59,990 bases of DNA from Lutibacter sp. (GTDB lineage Bacteria > Bacteroidota > Bacteroidia > Flavobacteriales > Flavobacteriaceae), in contig JAQVGD010000001.1 of NCBI GenBank assembly GCA_028696945.1, positions 1 to 59,990 on the forward strand. Reading direction: 5' to 3'. Both the position numbers and the translations under genes were made by a program. Shown here in pieces: positions 21,472 through 29,370 of this stretch (position 1 is its first letter; every line of letters begins with the position of its first letter). The notes under the pieces were generated by a model. That model made no database searches and was not told the DNA's origin. It saw nothing but the letters and a program-made list of their open reading frames with translations.

Positions 21472-22938
21472 TTAATCAAATTTTACATAAGGTTTTAAAC
21501 CGTGTAAACCGCCCTCTCTTCCAAATCCGCTTTCTTTGATTCCTCCAAAAGGGGAGGTTGCATCAAATTTATTAAAGGTATTGCCCCAAATAACACCAGC
21601 ATTTAATTTTTGGGTTAAATGGAACATTTTAGCACCGTTTTGTGTCCAAACTCCCGCTGATAATCCGTAAGGTGTGTTGTTTGCTTTTTCAACAACCTCG
21701 CTAATAGTTCTAAAAGTTTGAATGGTCAAAACAGGTCCAAAAATTTCCTCTTGCACAATTCTATGCGATTGTGACACATTTAAAAACAAAGTTGGTGCAC
21801 ACCAATTTCCGTTTTTAGGCAATTTACAATCTGGTTGGTAAATTTCGCCACCTTCATTTAACCCAATTTTAATATAATTTTCAATGGTTTGCAATTGTTT
21901 TTTTGAATTTATAGCACCAATATCTGTGTTTTTATCCAATGGATCCCCAATAATTAAGGTGTCCATTCTATTTTTTAGTTTGTCAATAACAATGTCAGCT
22001 ACTGATTCCTGCACAAATAAACGCGAACCCGCGCAACAAACATGACCTTGATTAAAAAATATGGCATTAATTATTCCTTCCACAGCTTGGTCAATTGCAG
22101 CGTCCTCAAAAATAATATTGGCTCCTTTTCCTCCTAATTCTAAGGTTAATTTTTTATGGGTTCCCGCAGTTACTTTTTGAATATATTTACCGACTTTTGT
22201 TGACCCAGTAAAAGCGATTTTACCAACATCAGGATGATTTACAATAGCGGCTCCAGTTTCTCCTGCTCCGGTAATAATATTTACAACTCCCTTTGGGATG
22301 CCGCTTTCATGAATAATTTCCGCAAGTTTTAAAGCTGTTAAAGACGTTGTCTCTGCAGGTTTTAACACCACTGTATTTCCAGTTGCCAATGCTGGTGCAA
22401 GTTTCCATGCAGCCATTAAAAGCGGAAAATTCCAAGGAATAATTTGCCCGACCACACCAATTGGTTTAGGGTTTCTATTAGGAAAAGCATAAGCCAGTTT
22501 ATCAGCCCAGCCTGCATAATAAAAAAAATGATTGGCTGCCAAAGGAATATCAATATCTCTTGATTCCCTAATAGGTTTTCCGCCATCTAAACTTTCAATT
22601 ACAGCAAATTCTCTTGCGCGCTCCTGAATTAGGCGGGCGATTCTAAAAATGTACTTACCGCGTTCTTTTCCAGTTAGTTTAGACCAACTTTCAAAGGCTT
22701 TTTTGGCGGCCTGAACAGCTGCATCAACATCCTCAGAAGTTGCTTCTGCAACACTTGCAATCTTTTCGTTGGTTGAAGGGTTAAGGGTGTCAAAATATTT
22801 TCCTTTTATCGGTTTTGAAAACTTTCCATCAATATACAAATCGTACTTCTTTTGTATTTGAATATGATCTGTACTTTCAGGAGCTTCATTGTATGTCCAG
22901 GATGCTTTAAACATGCTATTGTCCTTGTTTTTTTGCAT
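21472..22938 (-). CDS. Aldehyde dehydrogenase
   Basis: PWNFP, KPAE, FTGST, LELGGK, FNQGHVCCAG, EEIFGP, PFGG.KESG.GRE. Confidence 0.95.
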   Translation of the reverse strand: MQKNKDNSMFKASWTYNEAPESTDHIQIQKKYDLYIDGKFSKPIKGKYFDTLNPSTNEKIASVAEATSEDVDAAVQAAKKAFESWSKLTGKERGKYIFRIARLIQERAREFAVIESLDGGKPIRESRDIDIPLAANHFFYYAGWADKLAYAFPNRNPKPIGVVGQIIPWNFPLLMAAWKLAPALATGNTVVLKPAETTSLTALKLAEIIHESGIPKGVVNIITGAGETGAAIVNHPDVGKIAFTGSTKVGKYIQKVTAGTHKKLTLELGGKGANIIFEDAAIDQAVEGIINAIFFNQGHVCCAGSRLFVQESVADIVIDKLKNRMDTLIIGDPLDKNTDIGAINSKKQLQTIENYIKIGLNEGGEIYQPDCKLPKNGNWCAPTLFLNVSQSHRIVQEEIFGPVLTIQTFRTISEVVEKANNTPYGLSAGVWTQNGAKMFHLTQKLNAGVIWGNTFNKFDATSPFGGIKESGFGREGGLHGLKPYVKFD

Positions 22939-22940
22939 AA

Positions 22941-23837
22941 TTAATCTTTTGAAAAATAGTTGATAGATTGATAAATACCCGTTTCCGATTTAACCAATTG
23001 CATTAAAATATCATTTGTTAAACTACTGGCCCCAAATCGAAAATAATTTTTATTCATCCACTTCTCTCCTAACACTTCATTGAGCATTACTAGGTATTGC
23101 AATGCAATTTTAGAAGTTGAAATTCCTCCAGCGGGTTTCATGCCAATCATTTTCCCCGTTTTTAAGTAGTAATCTTTTATGGCATTAAGCATTACATAAG
23201 TTACTTGTAAAGTTGCCGCGGGCTGAATTTTGCCTGTTGATGTTTTAATGAAATCTGCCCCGGCATATATAGCAATCTCACTTGCTTTTCTAACGTTATC
23301 AAGCGTGTCAAGTTCACCGGTTTCTAGAATTACTTTTAAATGTGCTTTTCCGCAGGCTTCTTTTACGGCTGCAATTTCATCAAAAACATACTGATAATTT
23401 CCCGCAAGAAATTCACCCCTCGAAATAACCATATCAATTTCATCTGCTCCTTGATCCACGGCAAATTTTGTGTCGAGCAATTTTACTTCTAAACTCGATT
23501 GTCCGCTTGGAAAAGCGGTAGCAACAGACGCCACTTGAATATCACTTCCATGTAAAGCCTTTTTAGCTTCTTTAACAAAAGCGGGATACACGCAAATTGC
23601 GGCAACTGTAGGAATATTTTTCAAAGTATCATGAGGGTGCATAGCTTTATAACAAAGTTGTTGCACTTTTCTGGTGGTGTCTTTACCTTCAAGCGTTGTT
23701 AAGTCAATCATACTTAAAGCGAGTTTTAATCCTTCAACTTTTGATGATGTTTTAATACTTCGGGTGCAAAATCGTGCAATTCGCTCATTTACTCCCGTGG
23801 TGTCAAAGACAGGCAAGTTATTTAAATTTGGAATCAT
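22941..23837 (-). CDS. deoC: Deoxyribose-phosphate aldolase (long form)
   Basis: IDLTTL, AICVYP, FPSG, GADEIDMV, LKVILETG, ADFIKTSTGK, KPAGGI, RFGAS. Confidence 0.95.
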   Translation of the reverse strand: MIPNLNNLPVFDTTGVNERIARFCTRSIKTSSKVEGLKLALSMIDLTTLEGKDTTRKVQQLCYKAMHPHDTLKNIPTVAAICVYPAFVKEAKKALHGSDIQVASVATAFPSGQSSLEVKLLDTKFAVDQGADEIDMVISRGEFLAGNYQYVFDEIAAVKEACGKAHLKVILETGELDTLDNVRKASEIAIYAGADFIKTSTGKIQPAATLQVTYVMLNAIKDYYLKTGKMIGMKPAGGISTSKIALQYLVMLNEVLGEKWMNKNYFRFGASSLTNDILMQLVKSETGIYQSINYFSKD

Positions 23838-23909
23838 TTATTTTAATATATTTTACGAAAATACTAATTTACTTAATACCTCAGCCATAATATTAACCAT
23901 TACTTATAA

Positions 23910-23933
23910 AAAATCCCGCAAATGCGGGATTTT
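23910..23933. terminator. Terminator after the tonB-like gene
   Basis: aaaatcccgca-aa-tgcgggatttt. Confidence 0.85.
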
Positions 23934-23949
23934 AAAATCAAAACTAAAT

Positions 23950-24681
23950 TTATTCAACCTTAAAAACAATGGGAAGACCATATTTTACGCCGACAGGTTT
24001 GCCACGTTGCCGTCCTGGAGTCATCTTTGGCAATAAATTAATAACTCTTATCGCTTCTTCTTGTAATTTTTTATGTGGTGCCCTTGCGTTAATATCTGTA
24101 ATATTTCCGTTTTTATCAATTCTAAAGACCACAAAAATCTTTTGGATACTTCCAGGTGTCAAGCCTATATCGGAGGCCAACTCCGCATTGAATTTTTCAG
24201 CGACAAATTTTGCAATTTTATCTGAAAAGCAAGCTCTCAACTCAGTATTATTTCCTTTACATCCTGGATAAATTGGAACATTTTCAATTACCACAAACGC
24301 AACATCCTCCACAATTTCTTCTTCTTCCTCAACCTTCGCAAATTCCTTAGCTTCGGTAACTACAACGGCATCAAATTGACTGGTTTCGGTAGATTCTATA
24401 ATCGTTTCTTTAATATCGGTATCATCCTCCACTTTTAAAATTTTTTCGGGAAGTGCCACTTTGGTTTCTGGCTGTGCTTCTACCTCAACAGGCTTAACTT
24501 CAATCTGTTTGTCAATATCTTCAATATTTAGCAACTCCCCACTCATTTCTTTAACTTCTCGCGGATATGATTTCATTGTTAAAAACTCATAAACAATGAA
24601 TAGTGATAGCACTAAACCTAATTGAATCAAAATTCTGCTGTAATTTTCGAGTATTGCGCCGGGGTATTTTTTGACTTGCAT
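23950..24681 (-). CDS. Energy transducer TonB family protein
   Basis: N-terminal TM helix, acidic linker, PIYPGC, EAIRVI, PGRQRGKPVGVKYGLPIVF. Confidence 0.9.
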   Translation of the reverse strand: MQVKKYPGAILENYSRILIQLGLVLSLFIVYEFLTMKSYPREVKEMSGELLNIEDIDKQIEVKPVEVEAQPETKVALPEKILKVEDDTDIKETIIESTETSQFDAVVVTEAKEFAKVEEEEEIVEDVAFVVIENVPIYPGCKGNNTELRACFSDKIAKFVAEKFNAELASDIGLTPGSIQKIFVVFRIDKNGNITDINARAPHKKLQEEAIRVINLLPKMTPGRQRGKPVGVKYGLPIVFKVE

Positions 24682-24895
24682 GGAAACCTTATTAAGGGTG
24701 AAACAAAAACAATTGTATAAAACTGTTTAAAACAGGGTAATTTATAATGCAAGAATTAATACACAATAAATTTTTTTGGCAGCAATATCTTGCAAGGTAT
24801 TTATCACATTAAAGTTACAAATTTTTTAGTTTATGCACAATATTTTGGCCATTAAAAAATAAGTTCAAAAAATAAAAGAATATTGTGAAAGAAAA

Positions 24896-25041
24896 TTTGG
24901 GCGTTCTCGCCGAAAAGGCGGACGTGCTTTATGCTGCAATCCGTCTTTACGTGCACAGTGCAGCAATTTGTTGAACATACCTCCACACAAGCTCGCAAAG
25001 CCGGGATTTCTGCTTCAAACATGGTTCACTGAACTCTAACA
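24896..25041 (+). repeat. Dispersed structured repeat, degenerate copy 1 (Flavo-1-like)
   Basis: Shares tttgggc, cgccgaaaaggcgg, gctgcaatccgtc, ttgaacata, ctcgcaa.gccgggatttc with 58919-59052. Confidence 0.75.
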
Positions 25042-25155
25042 CAAAATAAAAATAAGTAAGTAATCAATAAGTTGGTTTGAAATTAACAATAAACAATTTG
25101 CCCCCATTCACAAAACTAAATTTTTCGTTTTTTAAACTTTGTTTACTTTTGCAGT

Positions 25156-25923
25156 ATGATAATTACCGATACACATACGCATTTATACAGTGAACAGTTT
25201 GATGAAGACAGAAATGAGATGATTCAGCGTGCCATAGAAGCTGGAGTCTCCCGTTTTTTTATTCCTGCCATTGATTCAACCTATTTAAATGCCATGTTGG
25301 ATCTGGAAAAATCTTTTCCCGAAAACATCTTTTTAATGATGGGTTTACACCCCACACACGTAAAAGAAAATTTTGAAGAAGAGTTGGCTATCGTAAAACA
25401 TTGGCTGGATAAACGAGATTTCTACGCCATCGGCGAAATTGGCATCGATTTGTATTGGGACAAAACGTTGTTGAAACAGCAACAAATTGCCTTTAAAACC
25501 CAGATCGCTTGGGCCAAAGAAAGAAATATGCCCATCGTAATTCATTGTCGGGATGCTTTTGATGAAATTTTTGAGATTTTGGAAGAAGAAAAAAATGAGC
25601 AACTTTTTGGAATCTTTCACTGTTTTACCGGAAATTTAGAGCAAGCAAAAAAAGCCATTTCCTACAATATGAAATTGGGAATTGGCGGCGTGGTCACTTT
25701 TAAAAATGGGAAAATAGACCAGTTTTTACATGAGATTCCTTTAAAACACCTTGTTTTGGAAACAGACTCTCCTTATTTGGCACCAGCACCTTTCCGCGGA
25801 AAAAGAAACGAAAGCAGCTATATTATAAAAGTGTTGGATAAATTGGCTGAAATTTATAAAATAAGTCCGCAGGAGATTGCTAAAATAACCACTCAAAACT
25901 CAAAAAATATTTTCAAAATTTAA
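25156..25923 (+). CDS. tatD: TatD family nuclease
   Basis: DTHTH, GLHP, IGEIGID, IHCRDA, FHCFTG, LETDSPY, RGKRNE. Confidence 0.95.
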   Translation: MIITDTHTHLYSEQFDEDRNEMIQRAIEAGVSRFFIPAIDSTYLNAMLDLEKSFPENIFLMMGLHPTHVKENFEEELAIVKHWLDKRDFYAIGEIGIDLYWDKTLLKQQQIAFKTQIAWAKERNMPIVIHCRDAFDEIFEILEEEKNEQLFGIFHCFTGNLEQAKKAISYNMKLGIGGVVTFKNGKIDQFLHEIPLKHLVLETDSPYLAPAPFRGKRNESSYIIKVLDKLAEIYKISPQEIAKITTQNSKNIFKI

Positions 25924-26052
25924 ACGGTTTGTGTATGGTTAGTGGCGAATTCGAAGCACTTAACTTTTGGCTTAAGACTTGATTTGTTAAGTGTTAAAAT
26001 GCTGATTTTTAATACAACACAATCATTAATTATGTATTTTATTATGCCCTTT
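25922..26052 (-). repeat. Degenerate attC-like inverted-repeat element at the island edge
   Basis: Minus strand reads gggcataat-aaaatacataattaatga ... cgccactaaccatacacaaaccGTT, ending at the tatD stop codon. Confidence 0.4.
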
Positions 26053-26072
26053 GTTTATTTTACGCATTGGCT

Positions 26073-26360
26073 TTATTTCTTCCAGTCATATTTTGTATGG
26101 TCGCAACCACATCTTATTTTCTTTGCAACTGTATCGTAATTCCTTAGCGATACCATTGGTATTTTACAATCAGATTGCTCACAAATAAATATCTTTTCCA
26201 ATTCCAGTATATCAGCCCAAAAGGCTTTTAAATCACCAATTTTCGGATTGAAAGGATTGTCGTGTGATAAAATATTACCTAAAATTGATGAGCTTTCTAT
26301 TCGGTCAATAACAGGAAATTTTGCTTTTAATTCTGGACTGCACTTTTTGATTGGTCTCAA
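26073..26360 (-). pseudogene. C-terminal remnant of a larger protein (possible ATPase-HEPN)
   Basis: TTG-start 95-aa ORF directly below a repeat cluster; GNILSHDN motif and a C..C / C.C tail. Confidence 0.5.
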
Positions 26361-26371
26361 AAATAGTTCAA

Positions 26372-26505
26372 ACTATGCACTTTAGTGCATTTCGCTTTAG
26401 CTTCTAAAAACTTTAGCCACGAATTGCACGAATCTGCACAAACCTGCCTGCCAGCAAGGCAGGCTTTCAGTCTGTTTTAAAAACCTATGGCACTTTAGTC
26501 CATAG
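26372..26505. repeat. Cluster of short REP-like palindromes
   Basis: atgcactttagtgcat; gccacgaattgcacgaat; cctgcctgccagcaaggcagg; ctatggcactttagtccatag. Confidence 0.7.
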
Positions 26506-26531
26506 TGGTTTAGTTCCGATTTAATTCATAA

Positions 26532-28487
26532 TTAAAAAGCATTAAACTTATCGCCCATAGCGTGTTTTAAATTCCATTTTTTGGTGGTGTCTAAGGCACG
26601 TTCAAGGACAATTAGCTTCTGGTCTGTATGTGTTTTGAAATACTCTATAGTTTCGTCTGCAATAACACCATCCAAACAGATTAACGCTTCTTTGTTTCCA
26701 TCTGTGGCAAAGTGAATGTCATTTTTCTTGAATTCTTCTTGCTTGGTTAATGTGTAATTGAGCTTGAAACCGTTTTTGATTAATATTTCGGTTATCAATT
26801 CCTCTTTATTGAAGGCAGAAATCAATTGTGCTTCTTTTTCTTTGATATATTTTTTGAGCAGTTCAATATTTTCTTCTTCTGTTTTTTCTGGGTCTGGTGC
26901 AAATTCTACTCTTGGGAAGTTTGATTTTTGTAGTTTGAACACTTTAAAACCTAAACCTTTTAATTGCTCTTGTTCACTTTCCTTTTCCTGTGCTGAGCTT
27001 GTCGAAGCATTGCTGAACAAATCAGGTGTAGCCTCTTTCTTTTCTTTTAATTCCTTTTGAATGGTTTCTACTACTCGTTTATTTCGTTCAATGGTTATGT
27101 CGCTAATTTTTTTGTAACCTGCTTTGAAGGCTTCACTTTTTTCGTCTGTAGCTTCGGGAAGTTGTACTAATATGTACTTTCTGTTTCCACCATCTTCTTG
27201 GTTGAGTTCGGTTACGGCTTGACCAGTAGTGCCAGAGCCTGCAAAGAAGTCGAGGATAATATCGTTATTTGACATTGAAAGATTTATAATCCTTTCAAGT
27301 AAGCTTACAGGTTTTGGAGTATCAAAATACTGTTCTCCTAAAAATATTCTTCTTAGTTCTTGAGTTGCAGATTGATTATGTCCAACATCTTTATGATACC
27401 AAATTGTGATTGGCGTTATACCATCTTTTACATCAGTCAAAAATCTTTTTACTCTTGGAACATTGTCCCCTGAAGCTCCAAACCAAACTCTATTATCATT
27501 TATTAGTTCGACAACTTTTTCTTTAGAGTATCTCCAACAAATTCCTTTAGGAGGTGATATCTTTTTCCCTGAAGGAGTTGTTATCTCAAAATCATAGTTT
27601 TCATTGTAGGTCTTAACCGTCATATCACCTGATACCCAAACACCTCTCTCATCATTATCTGGATTTTTATATCGAGATATTGCTTCTTCCGACCTTTCTA
27701 ATAAGTTAGGTCGAAATATTTCTTTGTTTTTGGCATAAACAATAATATGGTCGTGATTATCTGAAAACCATTTTGCATCATTTGAAGGTGCGAATTTTTT
27801 CTCCCATATAACATTAGAAATAAAATTATCCTCCCCAAAAACTTCATCACATAATTTCCTTAAATGGTGTACTTCATTGTCATCAATAGAAATAAATATT
27901 ACGCCATCTTCTTTTAATAATTGTCTTGCAATCAATAATCTACTGTACATCATATTCAGCCAATTGGAATGAAAGCGTCCATCAGTTTCTGTATTGGTGT
28001 CTATTTTAAAACCGTTTTCAGTTATTTCGGCATTTTCCCAATATTCCTTTTTATCCTGATTGAACTTATCGGAATACACAAAGTCCTTTCCTGTGTTGTA
28101 AGGTGGGTCTATATAAATACACTTTACTTGCTCACGGTAACTGTTGCTTAGAAGTTTTAATACCGCCAAATTTTCTCCTTCAATAATCAGGTTTTCGCTT
28201 TCGGTTGGGTTCACACTTCTTTCTTCATCATAAACGAGTGTTGCATCAGTAGGTGTAAAGGCTTCTCTTTTGGCATTACTCTTGCCAAACCAACGGAATT
28301 CGTAGCGTTCGGTTTCGTTTACGCTTTTAGGGTCTATTACTTTTTTGAGTTCGCTAATGTTGAGTTTGCCATCATTGGTAAAAAGGTCAGGCATTAACTG
28401 CTTTAATTGTTCTAATCTTTCTTTGTTCCAATCGTGTGACTGTACACTCTCCATTGAATTCTCTGTATGCTGCTTATCGTTACTCAT
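26532..28487 (-). CDS. mod: Type III R-M methyltransferase
   Basis: IIEGENL, IYIDPPYNTG, HSNWLNMMYSRL, FISIDDNE, TPKP, LDFFAGSGTTG. Confidence 0.95.
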   Translation of the reverse strand: MSNDKQHTENSMESVQSHDWNKERLEQLKQLMPDLFTNDGKLNISELKKVIDPKSVNETERYEFRWFGKSNAKREAFTPTDATLVYDEERSVNPTESENLIIEGENLAVLKLLSNSYREQVKCIYIDPPYNTGKDFVYSDKFNQDKKEYWENAEITENGFKIDTNTETDGRFHSNWLNMMYSRLLIARQLLKEDGVIFISIDDNEVHHLRKLCDEVFGEDNFISNVIWEKKFAPSNDAKWFSDNHDHIIVYAKNKEIFRPNLLERSEEAISRYKNPDNDERGVWVSGDMTVKTYNENYDFEITTPSGKKISPPKGICWRYSKEKVVELINDNRVWFGASGDNVPRVKRFLTDVKDGITPITIWYHKDVGHNQSATQELRRIFLGEQYFDTPKPVSLLERIINLSMSNNDIILDFFAGSGTTGQAVTELNQEDGGNRKYILVQLPEATDEKSEAFKAGYKKISDITIERNKRVVETIQKELKEKKEATPDLFSNASTSSAQEKESEQEQLKGLGFKVFKLQKSNFPRVEFAPDPEKTEEENIELLKKYIKEKEAQLISAFNKEELITEILIKNGFKLNYTLTKQEEFKKNDIHFATDGNKEALICLDGVIADETIEYFKTHTDQKLIVLERALDTTKKWNLKHAMGDKFNAF

Positions 28488-29301
28488 TATCTAATTTCTT
28501 TATGGTGATATTTTCTACCAATGATTTCATTTGTGTAATAGCCATCTTATTAAGTTGTACTAACCTATTTTTTTGAGGTATATCTTGATGGATTAGCATA
28601 GCATTTATGCTTTCAAGATTAGATAAAACTACTAATTGCTGTATGGTTGCAAAATCTCTAATATTTCCTTTTTCATTAGGGTTTTCTTCTCGCCATTGTT
28701 TTGCTGTTTTTCCAAAAAGGGCAATGTTTAGTACATCTGCTTCATTGGCATAAATGATAGAAGTTTGTTTACCGCTTAATTGATTAGGAATCAGGTTTTC
28801 CTTTATGGCATCTGTATGAATTTTATAATTTACTTTGGCAAGTGTTCTTTGAAAATTCCATTGTAGTTGAAGCCTATCGCTTTCATCTTCTTTTAGCCTT
28901 TTAAATTCTTTGATAAGATACACCTTGAATTCGGCACTTATCCACATACCAAACTCTAAAGCAATATCTGTTTGTGCGTAAGTTCCTCCATACCTTCCTG
29001 CTTTTGCTTGTAACCCAATAGCATTCGTTTTTTCAACCCATTCTTTAACGCTTAATTTATAACTGTTTAAACCAGCTTGACTTTTAATTATGGCGAATTC
29101 GCCATAATTAAAATTAGGGTTGTTTACGGATTCCCAAATCCCGAGAAATTCGACTGTATTCCGATTTCTCAACCAGTCAGAAATAAAAAAATCGCCATCC
29201 TTAGCTTTGAGCATATCTGTTAAGGAAATAAACTCATCTTGTTTATTCTTAATGACTGTTATCGATACTCCTTTAACTTCTATTTTCTTTGTTTTGCTCA
29301 T
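28480..29301 (-). CDS. KilA-N domain DNA-binding protein
   Basis: FISLTDM, WLRNRNTVEFLGIWE, AGRYGGTYA..DIALEF, LAKVNYKIHTDAIKENLIP, YANEADVLN. Confidence 0.88.
   Translation of the reverse strand: MSKTKKIEVKGVSITVIKNKQDEFISLTDMLKAKDGDFFISDWLRNRNTVEFLGIWESVNNPNFNYGEFAIIKSQAGLNSYKLSVKEWVEKTNAIGLQAKAGRYGGTYAQTDIALEFGMWISAEFKVYLIKEFKRLKEDESDRLQLQWNFQRTLAKVNYKIHTDAIKENLIPNQLSGKQTSIIYANEADVLNIALFGKTAKQWREENPNEKGNIRDFATIQQLVVLSNLESINAMLIHQDIPQKNRLVQLNKMAITQMKSLVENITIKKLDNE
29082..29113. repeat. Perfect 32-bp palindrome inside the KilA-N gene
   Basis: ttttaattatggcgaattcgccataattaaaa equals its own reverse complement. Confidence 0.95.
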
Positions 29302-29335
29302 TTCTTTATTCTTAATTTGGATAGATTACCCCATC

Positions 29336-29367
29336 TTTTAATTAACCCGAATTCGGTATAATTAAAA
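29336..29367. promoter_or_regulatory. Operator-like palindrome upstream of the KilA-N gene
   Basis: ttttaatta-acc-cgaattcg-gta-taattaaaa, same fixed positions as 29082-29113. Confidence 0.7.
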
Positions 29368-29370
29368 AAA

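Noticed and set aside
25946-25953. CGAATTCG core as a third KilA-N site (also at about 13215)
   Set aside because: Lacks the TTTTAATTA/TAATTAAAA arms; an 8-mer match is expected by chance
25942-26139. 65-aa plus-strand ORF after tatD
   Set aside because: Runs through the attC-like repeat and antisense to the remnant ORF; no protein-like features
26532-28487. Phase-variable simple sequence repeat in mod (phasevarion)
   Set aside because: No long tandem tract seen and the frame is intact
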